Of a stretch of DNA of 64,000 nucleotides, positions 1-13,684 are shown piece by piece. The notes under the pieces were generated by a model. That model had not been told where the DNA came from, searched no databases, and saw only the letters and a list, made by a program, of their open reading frames with translations. This stretch comes from Octopus sinensis (taxonomy: Eukaryota). Each line of letters opens with the position of its first letter. Within the stretch, counting starts at the first letter, position 1. The stretch spans positions 74,276,001-74,340,000 of the forward strand of contig NC_043005.1 of NCBI RefSeq assembly GCF_006345805.1. Direction: 5' to 3'. The position numbers and the translations under genes were made by a program.

Positions 1-28
1 GCAAATCACTTTTATTCTCATTGATTAG

Positions 29-299
29 TCACATACTCAGTCTTCTGTGTAATGAGAAACAGATTGATATTAGTCAAAGTATACTCAAGCGATAATAACG
101 TCTTGTGCATCACACAGTTAACGAGCTGTGAGGGAAATACCTGCAGCACAGTCAGAGCTAAAGAATCACAGACCATGTCGATGTATCGATCGTTTCTGCT
201 TGATGGTAAAGCCTTTCTCTTGGATAGGGTGAAGAGTTTGCCCCAGGTTGCAGTTCGGCAGTATTTACTCACACAACTCAAGGAAGTTAGTTACTGCAG
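29..299 (+). CDS. Candidate internal coding exon of an unidentified spliced gene
   Basis: Non-repetitive frame open from 25 to 396. Pyrimidine-rich acceptor (cttttattctcattgattAG at 27-28) and donor CAG|GTACCT at 299/300 splitting an Arg codon in phase 2, matching the exon at 5094. Exon start uncertain; no recognisable homology. Confidence 0.35.
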
Positions 300-1574
300 G
301 TACCTTAGATCTTATGGACTGCCGTCACCAATACTACTCCAGAAATATTCACTTCGTAACAAACATACAATGCGAAATACCGTCGCATACAATTGAAAAT
401 TCCGCAGAAACTATCCTTTAATTCTACCCTAAAAAATGGGGTGAAACTTTTTATATATATGCGCTTGAGTTTAACAAAGTTGTCACAATGGCAACACCAT
501 TTGGTAGATGTCACATATATAAATATTCCTTCAGGTTCAAAAGTATGGACACTTCATTAAATGTAATGTTTTCTTTCTAACTCTAAAAACTAAAGATTGA
601 AAACTTACTATAAATTGAATTATTTGCGTTAAAATCACATATTTAGCAGGCCTAGTCACGTTTTACATATGTAGATATCAAAGCTATAGTTAAGTGACTA
701 CGATTTTATTTCTTCATAACGTTCTTAACGATGTGTATTTTAATAACATTTTCCTAAGGTGTATTTTTGAATAAGTAGATTGTGAGGATGAGTTAAAAGT
801 GTGTTTGTTGGTTCGCTTGTTGTAGATAGAAAATTTCCTAACTTTTTAACAATTGAATAATTTAACAATCGTTCCAGTTTTTTATTCACAAAATCGATCA
901 TAGTGCTTTTTACACTTTTGGCATCAGGACAATGTCGAGAAACTATGCTAGTATGTATGTATGTATGTATGTATGTATGTATGTATGTATGTATGTATGT
1001 ATGTATGTATGCGTGCGTGTGTATATATATGCGCGTATGTATGCATGTATGTGTGTGTGTATGTATGTAAGTATGTATGTATGTATTATGTATGTATGTA
1101 AGTATGTATGTATGCGTGTGTGTATATATATATGCGTGTATGTATACATGTATGCATGTATGAATGCGTATATATATATATATAAACAACTTATAAATAA
1201 GGGCAAACGAAAAAATTTCTAATGCCAAATATGCCGAAACTAGACACATTGTCCATAACCATATAATTTATCACAATAAGCACGTTACTCGAAAAGGGTC
1301 GACAGAAATTTCGAAAAAATTCCGTTATTACCATATCGGACCGATTTCAGGGTGAATTCATAAGAACCTTCGCTTCGTCAGTGATAAATGCGGCAAAGAA
1401 ATAAATGAAATACTTACTCATACCCATGGAAGAAGGAAACTCTAAGTCATGCGTACAACTGAGTACCCCAAATATATCCAAAATAGAAATTCTCCAGCCC
1501 ATCCGAGACACGTGCGATTCGAACTGAAACTCTCACAGAGTGAGAGAGTCCGGAAGTGAATACTATTAAATTTA

Positions 1575-1737
1575 CATCTAATGTAGGATAACATTTTTTC
1601 GAAAAAAAATTTTATCAATGGCCAGCATATTAAAAAATACCTTTAAAGGTTATATTCATAAACAATTTATAAATAAGGGCAAACGAAAAAATTTCTAATG
1701 CCGAAATTTTCGAAAAAATTTTATCCTACATTAGATG
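1575..1737. mobile_element. Small MITE with ~31-bp TIRs and TA target duplication
   Basis: CATCTAATGTAGGATAA(C/A)ATTTTTTCGAAAA at 1575 is inverted at ~1707-1737 with one mismatch; TA on both sides. A related internal segment recurs at ~1185-1320. Confidence 0.65.
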
Positions 1738-1790
1738 TATATATATATATGTCTATATCTATGTATATATATGTATATACATATGAGTTC

Positions 1791-1840
<50 letters not shown>

Positions 1841-1852
1841 TTATATATCATT

Positions 1853-2010
1853 TGCCATGATAGATCGCTAGCCACTACACATTCTTCATTTTCTCTCCTG
1901 GTTTCTTTCTGTGTTCCTTTCTGTGGATGAGCATAGGCTCGAAACGTTAAAGACTTTGTTGTCTACACCACCTGTCTTCGTCTTTTTTCTTTTTTGTGAA
2001 TTCTCCCTAT
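1853..2010 (+). mobile_element. PLE terminal-repeat (pLTR) fragment, family P1
   Basis: gccatgatagatcgctagccactacac...gagcataggctcgaaacgttaaaga, bounded by (TA)n. Same 5' block at 5371-5420; related copies at 7807-8206 and 47721-47928. Confidence 0.6.
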
Positions 2011-2600
2011 ATATATATATATATATATACTGAGAGAGAGGGAGATAGAGGGAGTGAGAGAGAAAGGGAGAGAGAGTAAAAATGCAATACAAAATATTAA
2101 GACATTGAAATTTTGATACACAAAAGCAAGCACCAAAAATTGCAGATAAATATAACATCAATTGATAGAAATAACGACAAATATAATAAATACAAAATAA
2201 TATAACAAATTAAGGCAGTCCAAGCACACAGCTGTGAAAAGCAACCACACGGGTGTGCGATCAGAGACCCGGAACAGTCGATTCTGACAACGTCTCGTGA
2301 TATTCATTTTCGCTATGTTGCCTTTCCAAAATAGTACCTGAACATTTTTAGCTTATTTTATCCACCTCAGATGGAAACAAGGTAAAGTCGATCTCAGCGC
2401 TGGTCTTGGACAATTCTGAGAACCTCCCGTGCCATTCTTTGATGCATTGTCGTTGCCTTAAAATAATACCTTGGCGTTTTTAGTATTAACTGTGATATGA
2501 AGAATATAAGGCAAAGTCGATCTCAGCGGGTTTTGACCTCAAATCATAAAGTGAGAAAACTGTAACTAAATACCATTCCATCTATTATGCTAATAATACC

Positions 2601-2812
2601 TATTTCTTTATTATCCACAAGGGGCTAAACATAGAGGGGACAAACAAGGACAGACATCGACCGCAGTGCGTAAATGGTACTTAATTTATCGACCCCGAAA
2701 GGATGAAAGGCAAAGTCGACCTCGGCGGAATTTGAACTCACAACGTAACGCAGACGAAATACCACTAAGCATTTCGCCCGGCGTGCTAACGTTTCTGCCA
2801 GCTCGCCGCCTT
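2601..2812 (-). mobile_element. SINE family B with 17-bp TSD
   Basis: Head ggcggcgagctggcagaaacgttagc, B-box gagttcaaattcc, tail aaagaaata. TSD attatgctaataatacc at 2584-2600 and 2821-2837. Confidence 0.85.
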
Positions 2813-3164
2813 ATGCTAATATTATGCTAATAATACCTTATGTTTGTATCACGGGGTAACCTCTTATATTCAAAGAATAAATACAATATTTAAAAAGTCA
2901 TCGTCTCGCATTCAAACTTAGGAATACTTATAAGGCTCTGAATGATAGTGATCGGCCGTTGACATAGAGGAAATTCACTTGCACGTAAAGCCGAGAGGCA
3001 ACAGGTTCCGATAAAACAAAGAGGCACTGCAACAAGTCGTTGTCTTTAGCTACCCCAACCCTCAAAACGAGCAACCAAAATACGCCTTTGAGAGTAACTG
3101 ACGAAGATGTATTAGATTCACGCGTAATATTAATTCCAGCTGCTAAACAGCTTGATTCCTCATG

Positions 3165-3339
3165 TGTGTGGGTATGTGTCTGTATGTATGTATGTATGTA
3201 TGTATGTATGTATGTATGTATGTATGTATGTATGTATGTATGTATGTATGTATGTGTGTATGTATGTATGTATGTATGTGTCTATGTATGTATGTGTGTA
3301 TGTATGTGTGTATGTATGTATGTATGTGTATGCATACAT

Positions 3340-3372
<33 letters not shown>

Positions 3373-3403
3373 ATATATATATATATATTATATATATATA
3401 TAC

Positions 3404-3480
<77 letters not shown>

Positions 3481-3521
3481 ATATACATATGTATATATAT
3501 ATATATTATATATATATATAC

Positions 3522-3555
<34 letters not shown>

Positions 3556-3556
3556 G
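3165..3556. repeat. Compound microsatellite (TATG)n-(TA)n; similar arrays at ~952-1190, 4300-4573, 7500-7808, 16000-16550, 16990-17520, 18925-19150, 20120-20280, 45280-45690
   Basis: Directly visible; source of the MYVC/YI/HT ORFs in the track. Confidence 0.95.
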
Positions 3557-3675
3557 CGTAAGTATTGAAGAACGTGTGAATGCATGGTTGTGCAAGTGTT
3601 TGTTTATTGATTATCCTCATTGTAGCTTAAAGGAACAAAATTTACATTTATTGAATACTTTTATTTCCATTTGCA

Positions 3676-3733
<58 letters not shown>

Positions 3734-4449
3734 TACACACTCACACACAGATTCATGCACTCGGACACACACTAACACTGTAAAGATTTAATACCATTTG
3801 CCTCGAAGCATTCATAAATTTTATAAACATTTGTTGAGCACTTTTTTGCGAAAATATTTCGCGAAGACTAATTACGAAGTACCCTATGGGATAAATATGT
3901 GTCTTGTTACCAAGATTATAATGTCACAAGGAAGTTAATTCCACATTGAGTACTTTAGATAGTTTCCTCAAAACATTCTTACACCCTGTGGAAATATAAA
4001 ATGCTCCTTTTGTTTGGTACATTCGTCCGTTGTATGCGACTTCAAACTTCACAACACATTGCCGATAGCTCTATATTGCTGATGAAAACTTGTTATAATG
4101 TAAGATAACACAAATTTCCTTTATATCTTGTAAGAAATGTTTATGATTTCCGTTTCTTCTTTCATTGCATAAACATAATTATCCTAGTTCCGAATAATTC
4201 ATAGTCCATGTGAATATCAGTTCTGCAATTTGGTGAAAAATACCTCTCCAAGATTATATATGATATACTCTGTATAATAAGGATGTGTATTCTTAGAGTG
4301 TATGCATATGTATGTATGTGTGTATGTATGTATGTATGTATGTATGCATGTGTGTATGTGTGTGTGTGTTTGCGCGTGTGTGTATGTATATATATGCAGA
4401 TGTACATACATAAATACATACACACATACATACATACATACATACATGC

Positions 4450-4573
<124 letters not shown>

Positions 4574-4965
4574 CGAGCCAAACGCCCCCCCGTCCCGTGG
4601 ACGGTGCTGAGTTGTCAAACGTCTAAACCAAATTTTCTCAAAACAACTTGTCCGACCGTTCCATAGGCCTCCCCTTTGAGAAACACAGATTTAACCTAAA
4701 TTTGAGACACCGTGCATTTTTCTCGCGAACGCGTACTATCGATCGCAACAGCTGATCTACTTGCGCGTAAAAATGCACGTTGCCACGGCTTTATCCATCG
4801 CATTCTCACCTGGAATCGATTTTTGTAATTTTTTCAAGACTTATACACGCCCTGATACCGTCGGTATCTACATACCAGATTTGAGCGCAATCTGATGGAG
4901 GATGCTCGAGATCCTAGAAGACACACACACAGACGGAACGGATTTTATATAATATATATATATAT
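4574..4965 (-). mobile_element. Non-autonomous Helitron-like element (third family)
   Basis: Left end acgag (mutated ACTAG) plus hairpin CCGTCC-cgt-GGACGG; right end acacacagacgg..ttttatata. Both ends lie in (TA)n. Confidence 0.55.
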
Positions 4966-5093
4966 ATATACGTCAAATTACAACTGAAAGAGTTACTAAT
5001 AGTTCCATGCTATTATGATACTTGAACAAGCATATTTATAAAATACGCCATGTAGCTTAAAGCAATCTTACAGGAATTCCTTTGTGTTCGTAG

Positions 5094-5220
5094 AGTGTAT
5101 GAAAAATATGAGAGAAAGAAAATGGAATTCACGAGACTCCTCATTCACTACGTTCGTTTCGACCCATCATACACCGGTATCGTAGGTGCAGATTTGTCTC
5201 CTCAGGGGACTTTTCAAAAG
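5094..5220 (+). CDS. Candidate 127-nt coding exon ((R)VYEKYERKKMEFTRLLIHYVRFDPSYTGIVGADLSPQGTFQK)
   Basis: Acceptor ttcctttgtgttcgtAG (5092-5093), donor AAG|GTACCC (5220/5221), open frame phase 2 to phase 0, complex protein-like composition. Product unknown. Confidence 0.45.
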
Positions 5221-5449
5221 GTACCCCGTTTCTTTATTTGCCGTTTCACTTATTTCTTTAACAATACATTTTGGTAATTGTTGCGTACTCCGCGTCTCCA
5301 TAAGAAACTAAAGTAGTTAATACATTATCGTGAATTCCATTTTCTTTCACATTCTCTTATATATATATATTCGCCATGATAGATCGCTAGCCACTACACA
5401 TTCTTTATTTCCTCTCTCTATATATATAGAGAGATAGAGATAGATAGAC

Positions 5450-5534
<85 letters not shown>

Positions 5535-6153
5535 TGTATTTGGGCGACTGCGTAGTTTTGTTTACAGATCAGTGAAAACGAATCGAATATATGGATGTTA
5601 TGAGGTTGTAACTGTTGTGAGATTAGTACTTTAACATTTTTTCATATATTAAACAAAGCGAGCGAACAAATGAAAACACTACGACAATGATATCATGTTT
5701 TTGGATATGAACGACCCAAGTGAAATACATCCAACTAGGATTTCAAATTGATTCACAATATCGTATCACCGTCGCACTACAATACTCACATCAATAAAGC
5801 TAACATGTCCCTTGTTGGTTTTATGTTTTGTTAAACACTTTTGTATTCCCTTGAAGTTTCTTGCATTTCAGGACACTTTTTAGATATCGGCGTTTAATTC
5901 TAGAGTAATATAAAGAACATCGACACCACCAGCAGTAACAACAAATTCTACACAAAGAAAACAAAGCAATTTGCGCTAAATTGATATTTCTATTATTGCA
6001 CACCTCTTCCTTTTCTTACATGCTCTATTTTTCTGCCTGCCTCACTGACTCTCTTCAGGATCACGGTCTATCTCCCTTTTTTTCGTGATCAGATTTGCGT
6101 GTACATACATACATACATACATACATACATACATGCATACATACATACATACA

Positions 6154-6185
<32 letters not shown>

Positions 6186-6226
6186 CATATATATAAAATC
6201 AAAGTAAGCAACAGGGTATCCAGAGG

Positions 6227-6653
6227 TAATGCTGTAGGATCGTTTCAAGTGACTCCATTTAATTGAACATCGCAACCATTACATCAATTTGAATGCAGAG
6301 CGATCCTCAGCTGCAAAAATACATGGAATTGAATTAAATTAAAACAGCTGGACACATAAGTATAATTTTACTTAAAACCGCCAAGAAGGTAAGGAGATAG
6401 ACAAAGAACATGCTGTCATGTCTTTCTTCCTAATACCTTAGTAGCTTCTAAGCTGAAGGGAAGACAGCGTGTTCTTTGTCTATCTCCTTACCTTCTTGGA
6501 GGTTTTAGGTAAAATTTTACTAATATGTCCATCTGTCTTGATTTAATTTAAATCTATGTATTTATGCAACTGAGGATTGCTCTGCATTTAAATTGATGTA
6601 ATGGTTGGATTATTCAATTAAATAGAGTTACTTGAAACGATCGTACAGAATTA
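6227..6653. mobile_element. Fold-back element / long-TIR MITE (191-bp arms, 45-bp spacer)
   Basis: 6227-6417 is the diverged reverse complement of 6463-6653, with long perfect stretches such as ccaagaaggtaaggagatagacaaagaaca. Confidence 0.75.
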
Positions 6654-6805
6654 ATAACATTGTGGAGTCACTTGGTACTCTGAATTTCCTTTGTCATTCC
6701 ACTGGATCTTCAGGCAAGTGCGCCTACAGGTAGTAAGATATTATACATACATGCATGCATACGTGTATGTATATATGTACGTATGTATTTATGTATAATA
6801 TATAA

Positions 6806-6886
<81 letters not shown>

Positions 6887-7048
6887 CGCAGGCATTGCTG
6901 TGTGGTAAGAATGCTTCCCAGCCACATGGTTGTGGGTTCAATTCCTCTGCGTGGCACCTTGGGTAAGTGTCTTCTACTATAGTTTCGAGCCGACCAAAAA
7001 CCTTGTGACTGGATTCAGTAAACGAAAACTGAAAGAAACCCGTCTGTG

Positions 7049-7094
<46 letters not shown>

Positions 7095-7328
7095 GACATA
7101 TACCCCCGTCCAATGTAAATAATGTAAATAATGTACAGAAGTCCTCATTTCCGTAATGTAGAACAGTATAGAACAGTCTCATTTCCTTTGTTTCTTCACG
7201 TATCTTTCTACATCATAGCATATACAATCTATTTTGCTTTCATTCTATACTCATCTTCGTCCTCCTCGCGCAGTGTCTCTCACACACGCTCAGTATTCTA
7301 TCTTCGCTTTCTTTCTGTCTTTCTTTTT

Positions 7329-7368
<40 letters not shown>

Positions 7369-7596
7369 TGTGACAACTCCCTTCTGTTACGTCATCCATT
7401 TTCCTATTAAAATTTCAACTTTTTCTGTATCGCTTACCTTCATTAGTTTCCCATTTATCATTTTCACTAATATCCTTTCTCACTATCTCTCACTCTTTGC
7501 GCGCGTGCGTGCGTGTGTATGTGTATATACATGTATGCGTATATATACATATATATGTATATATATAAATATATATATATTATATACATATGTATA

Positions 7597-7651
<55 letters not shown>

Positions 7652-7694
7652 CTATCTATCTGTCTACCTATCTCTATCTCTATATCTATATCTA

Positions 7695-7733
<39 letters not shown>

Positions 7734-7748
7734 ATATCTATCTATCTA

Positions 7749-7806
<58 letters not shown>

Positions 7807-7811
<5 letters not shown>

Positions 7812-8206
7812 TTGTTTTATTTATATTCCTGAGCGCCATACTAAACAATTGTTTGTTTGTATTCCAGCTGCCTTCGTCTTTTGTTTATTTTCATAAAGCT
7901 TCCCGTTATATTTATATATATATCAACCCTATTATCTCCCCTTATTTCGCTCTCGCGTCTCATGTTTGATCTTTGACCTCTGGCCGAAATCAGATCGCCA
8001 TGTTGATTCGTTAGCTACTGCACGCATTTTTTTTCTCTTCTTCTTTCTGTGTTTTTCTCTCTCTGTGTATCTTTCTGTTGAAGAGCGTAGGCTCGAAACG
8101 TTAAAGACTTGTTTTATTTATATTTCCTGAGCGCCATACTAATACAATTGTTCGTTTGTTTTCCACCTGCCTTCGTCTTTTGTTTATTTTCATAAAGCTT
8201 CCCGTT
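7807..8206 (+). mobile_element. PLE family P1: partial plus full pLTR in tandem, inserted in (TA)n
   Basis: gacttgttttatttata..cataaagcttcccgttata occurs at ~7809-7910 and again at ~8106-8207. This tandem partial/full terminal-repeat layout is typical of Penelope-like elements. Hammerhead-like motif at 8070-8107. Confidence 0.65.
8070..8107 (+). ncRNA. Atypical hammerhead-like motif (copies 1917-1953, 47760-47797, 16227-16264 minus, 54424-54460 minus, 41902-41935)
   Basis: UCUUU-CUGUUGA-A-GAGC-GUAG-GCUC-GAAA-CG-UU-AAAGA. Stem II is invariant while its loop varies between copies; core positions 4, 6 and 7 are non-canonical. Confidence 0.45.
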
Positions 8207-8439
8207 ATATATATATATATATACTTTATTTTAAGCAGCAGAAGCTGCTTAAAATAAAGCATATTACTCTACCACTGGTATTTGAGTACTCTTTTTTCCA
8301 CCTTGTTTCACATTTATGTGTTTACTCCGGTATATATATATATATATATATGTATACATACATGCATACACACATACGTATATGAATGTATGTATGAATG
8401 AATACATATGTATATATATGTACGCATGTATGGATATCA

Positions 8440-8930
8440 GATTGGCCTGACTGTGGAGTGAAGCTAGAGCTGTGAAATAGGAATTAAAGCCAATACTATT
8501 AGCATATCCCACGCGAGAGATGAGAATATTTTGCACAATGAACTTGGCATTACTAAGGCCCCTGCTGGGTGGGTGCCACGTCGTTTGACACTTGATGAAA
8601 AGCACACCAGGCTGATCCCATCACGGGAAACATCTGACATTGTTTGAGGCAGCTCCAGCTGGTTTCCTTGAACGTTTTGCTAACCCACTATTTATATTGG
8701 CTCTATTATTTTGAACCAGAGACAAATACACAATCCAAGCAGTGGGGCCTCCTTCACTTCATCCGCTCTAATGAAGGCCAAACGCCTTTCATCTACAGGT
8801 AAAATGGCGGCCTAAGTTTTTGGGGATGCCAAAAGCATTGTGTTTATTGACTATCTTCAAAAGAGCCACACTTTAATGGAGAGTACTGTGTCAAGTTGCT
8901 GAGGTGGTTACGAAAGGCTATGAAGACCAA
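8440..8930 (+). pseudogene. Degenerate mariner transposase fragment
   Basis: ILHNELG....GWVPRRLT, EPETNTQSKQW and GKMA.*VFGDAKSIVFIDYLQK..T.GEY match mariner WVP(R/H)EL/PETK/SAGKVMASVFWD motifs. Frameshifts and stops. Confidence 0.8.
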
Positions 8931-8939
8931 TCTCCTTCA

Positions 8940-9560
8940 TCTATAACTACTATATCTCTCTCACTGTATTTTTATCTATAGTTTTGTCTGCTACACTCTT
9001 GCTCTCCACCTACTCTCTCATCGTTTGGTTCTCCGTCTCCCCATCCTTCCCTCTTTGTTTTCGTTTATTCCCTCATTTGTCATTTTAACATGTCTATCTT
9101 AACCTTTCTTTTTTCCCGTTCTCTCTACTTCTCTGTTCCCGCTCATGAAGCATTTCCCTCTCTCAGTATATATATATATATTTCTCTCTCACTATATATC
9201 TACTTCTCTCTATCTCTATCTCTATTCGTCCCGCAGTCTTTTATGATTTCTCCATTTGTCAATCTATCTTATCCAATACATTTTCCAACTCTTTCTTTAT
9301 CCTCATCCTCGTTCTTCCTCTTTCTCTCCTTCATGCCCCTTCTCTCTCTACTTTCTTACTTGATATTTCACTCCCCCCTCTCTCTATTTCTCCCCCGTTC
9401 TTCCTCTCTGTCTATCTGACTTCCAATATTACTCCACTTAGCTTTTTTCATGACTCCATTTTCTTCCTTTCTCTCTTCCTCTCCCCAACTCTCTCTTCTT
9501 CTCTATCTCTCCGCAACATCCCCCTCTCTCTCTCTCCGCAACCCCACCTCTCTCTCTCTA
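8940..9560 (+). repeat. CT-rich low-complexity tract
   Basis: About 600 bp strongly skewed to C/T on the + strand; GA-rich counterpart at ~12350-12530. Confidence 0.7.
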
Positions 9561-9764
9561 TTTCATTGGGCGACAGAAAACAACAATGACTCCGGCTAAA
9601 AGTTTGCCCTTCACGAAAGCAACACTCTCAGTTCTTTTGGCTGTCATGTTACAGTATTGCAGTGTAGAAAAGTTAATGCTCTACTTTACGACGTCGAGTA
9701 CTTTTTCTTTCGTTCACCATTATTACTAACATTAAATTCGAAACAATGTCACCCAATTTCTACG

Positions 9765-9821
<57 letters not shown>

Positions 9822-10216
9822 ACAAACACACACACACACACACACACATCCATTATCTATTTATATGTAATCATATAATCCTTGAACAAAACTTTAAAAA
9901 ATTGTTCAAGAATGTTTCAATACTTCCAACCCAAGTTTTATTATTCCATGTAATATAAACTAAACTGCTCCAAATTCAAAATGCTCCGCGCCATGGAAGG
10001 CTGAATTTGAGAGTTCAAACTATACCTATTTTATCAACCTACGAAGGGGGACAAAAGTTTACAGCGACGACATTTGAATGTCTCACCAACGTAAAGAAAG
10101 ATAAGTCAATACATTAAGAGATTTTATATTTGAGGGTATATTTTTATGATGTTTTTTTTTACTTGTATTCGATGGCTCATATGTAAGGGGAAGTAAAGGC
10201 GATCAAATTGCTATAC

Positions 10217-10375
10217 GGTATAGGGGTGGCTGTGTGGTAAGTAGCTTGCTTACGAACCACATGGTTCCGGGTTCAGTCCCACTGCGTGGCCTCTTGGCCA
10301 AGTGCCTTCTACTATAGTCTCGAGCCGACCAAAGACTTGTGAGTGGATTTGGTAGACGGAAACGGAAAGAAGCTC

Positions 10376-10448
<73 letters not shown>

Positions 10449-10680
10449 TGTGTGTATGTGTGTGTGTGTATTTGTGTGTCTGTGTTTGTCCCCACAACAT
10501 CACTTGACAACCGATGCTGGTGCGTTTACGTCCCCGTAACTTAGCGGTTCGGCAAAAGAGACCGATAGAATAAGTACTAGGCTTACAAAGAATAAGTCCT
10601 GGGGTCGATTTTCTCGAATAAAGGCGGTGCTCCAGCATGGCCACACTCAAATGACTGAAACAAGTAAAAGAGTAAAAGAG
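10217..10680 (+). mobile_element. SINE family A (tRNA-like head, internal microsatellite, second arm), full length
   Basis: A-box tggctgtgtggt and B-box ggttcagtccc, left arm to gaagctcg, (TA)n(TG)n, right arm ending aaaagagtaaaagag. Confidence 0.85.
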
Positions 10681-11222
10681 TATAATATTGGTTCATTTTT
10701 TTATCGTTCTCATTAGTTTCTTAGGTAAAGTTGACCTCAGCGGAATTTGAGCTTAGACTGTAAAGAGCCAGAAGAAATAATATCGCAATGCATTTTGTTC
10801 GACGCTCTGATGTTCCTCCGTATCCTAATAAATGTTTCAAATTTTGACACAAGGCTTGCAATTTTAGAAGGTGGGGGTTACCATCAATTCTAGATGACTG
10901 ATTCTTTATTTTATGGATACAAACAGGATCAAAGCAAGAGTTGAGCTCAGTAGATTTGAACTAAGAATGTAACAAAACAGAACATCGAGTACCGCAAAGC
11001 TATTTTTTCAACATCCTAACGATTCTGTTAGCTTTTTACCTTGCGCTTTTGTTATTATTGAAGGATTCTTGAAGAATGACCTATTATTATTGAAGGGTTC
11101 TTGAAGGAATCACCTGTAAAAAATGTCTCACCTTAGTCTGCTGGCTGTGGACAGCTGACACTTTGCATCATACTGAGTAAAATACACTGTCAATTTTCAT
11201 CTTATAATAATAATAATAATGA

Positions 11223-11269
<47 letters not shown>

Positions 11270-12819
11270 ATAATAATAATAATAATAATAACAATAGCTT
11301 CTGATATAGGCACAAGGCTCACAAATTTAAGGGGAGGGAAGTAAGTCGAAATATTCGACGCCAGTACATAACAGGTACTTCATTTTATTTTTATTTTATC
11401 AACCCCGAAGGAATAAAAGATAAATTGACACTGGTCGGAGTAGACCAAGGAACATAAAAATAAAAAAACAGAACAAAAATATTACAAATTATGCTATTTC
11501 TTCCCCTCTAATGATTCTGCCAATAATAATAATTGACTCTGATTTAAGGAGGTGGCCCGCAAATTTAAGGAGAGAAGAGTTAGTCTAAATCCTCGATCTC
11601 AGTACGTGACAGATAGTTTATTTTATTTTATCACCCGTAGAGGCATAAAAAACAAAGTTGACACGGGCTGGATTAGATCTAGGAACATTAAAAGCCAGAA
11701 TAAAATCAGATATTGCAAACTATTGCATTTCCCCTACTTAAATGATTCTGCCAAACCAGTGACCTTTCAGGCACATCTATATTGACAACAATAATAAAAA
11801 TTGGGGAAAATATTTGCTAATAAAACCACGAGTTAGAAAATGCCATGTGTAATCATAACAAAACTATTACTCTAGTTTTGCAGTTATTAGCTTTGGTAAA
11901 TTTTTATTAACTCAGCTATTCTTGATTCATCATCAAATTCACATGGAATTTTTAGTTAAAGTATTAAATTCTCGCAGAAATATTATTCATCAGCTTGCAG
12001 TATACTCAACGTGTATTTATAACAGCTTTTTTGCCTATTTTTTTCCTGTTGCTTCGGGGTTTGTTTTCATTCATGCTCTGTTTTTTTCTTTCCTTTTTTT
12101 TTAAAGTTTTTTATGTGCGCTTGTTTGCTTTTTTTTTTATTTCTGCTTATTTATGTATTTGTTTATTTTTATTTATTTATTTATTTATTCATTTCGTAAT
12201 TACCTTTCTCGAAAAATTCCTTTCATTTTATTGAGTAACTGAAGCCAAGATATTTTAGTAAGAGTTGGTTTGGATGTGGAATTTACAATGTAAATATAAT
12301 GATGTAATTTTTTTTTCAATGTAATATTAGTTTGCGTGTGAGAGCGAGAAAAGCAGAAGAGAAAGAGAGAGAGAGAAAGAGAAAAAGAGTGGGAGAGTGA
12401 CAGAGAGAGAGAGAGACAGATAGAGAGGATGGGAGGATATTTGTATTTAGCATGTGTATGTGAATGAGAGAGTGAGAAAGAGAGAGAGAGAGAGAGTGAG
12501 GGTGAGAGGGGATGAATGAATGAGTAAGAGAGATACGTCGGACATGTGAGCGTTATGTAAGTGTGCTAATGTAATATTTATGAAGCATCTGCCTGATTGA
12601 ATGTTGTGTTTATTATGTGAGATGTATGGCGCATGTTTATTGTTCAATCTAAATTCTCGGCCTTTGTGAATCATTAACCTCTTAACAATGTGGGAAGACA
12701 ATGTGTGCCATTCGAAGGAGTGAGAGGTATGGTTGTAGCTGTGCATAGCGGAGGTGGTGGTATTTAATTACAAACTCTTATGGTTTAAGTTCAAATTCTG
12801 CTGGGGTTAGCATATACAC

Positions 12820-12884
12820 TATGTATGCATGCATGTATGTATGTATGTATGTATGTATGTATGTATGTATGTATGTATCTATCA

Positions 12885-12948
<64 letters not shown>

Positions 12949-12957
12949 CTCTATCTC

Positions 12958-12988
<31 letters not shown>

Positions 12989-12997
12989 CTCTATCTC

Positions 12998-13028
<31 letters not shown>

Positions 13029-13029
13029 C

Positions 13030-13114
<85 letters not shown>

Positions 13115-13140
13115 CTCTATCTATCTATCTATCTATCTAC
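12820..13140. repeat. Compound tetranucleotide array (TATG)n-(TGTC)n-(TATC)n; related (GATA/TATC)n at ~5420-5532, 50649-51000, 51885-51980, 56255-56345
   Basis: Directly visible. Confidence 0.95.
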
Positions 13141-13254
13141 ACACATGCATATGCATATGCACACGTATAACAACTGGCAAAATTGACAGAGCATGTGTGT
13201 GTGTGAGTATAGAAGCACACACACTCACACACATGACCAAGCTCCACTCGTGAA

Positions 13255-13684
13255 GTACTTAGTTAATTCTTTGGCTCAAAAAGCAAATAGCAAGGCCATG
13301 TAGGGGGACATGGAGTTATGTACAGGGTGGTGTTCATGTAAAGAGTTCAGGCCACTTGAGGTCAAGGGAGTCTTTGAACCGAGCGCTTGTCGGCATCTTC
13401 ACCATCTCGTCTGGCAGCTTATTCCACGGATCCGCAACCCGGACGGAGAAAGCCCCTCTCCTTCGATTGAGATGAAATCGTCGCAGATAGAGCTTTTCGG
13501 AATGACCCCGCAGCCGACGCTCTGGAGCAGAAGTGAAGAACAGCTCTTTCGAGAGGTTACACTTTCCGCTTATGATGTTGTGAGCAAGAATGAGATCACC
13601 ACGGCGTAGTCGTTTTTCTAGAGAATAAAGGTCGAGCGTCTTCAGCCTTTCTTCATAAGACAAATTCTTGAGGATCATCACGAG
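13255..13684 (-). mobile_element. 5'-truncated CR1/L2-group LINE, ORF2 C-terminus plus 3' UTR
   Basis: LSYEERLKTLDLYSLEKRLRRGDLI...LRGHSEKL...FSVRVADPWNKLP...FKDSLD is the hallmark CR1-clade ORF2 tail. Frame intact to its natural stop at 13334. Confidence 0.9.

Noticed and set aside
479-495. RFX X-box-like gttgtcacaatggcaac
   Set aside because: Imperfect half-site and spacing; expected by chance in 64 kb.
740-950. Minus-strand frame ..DFVNKKLERLL.. as PLE N-terminus or exon
   Set aside because: Similarity impression only; the ORF length comes from the adjoining microsatellite.
13310-13609. 99-aa + strand ORF
   Set aside because: Antisense shadow of the CR1 ORF2 fragment.
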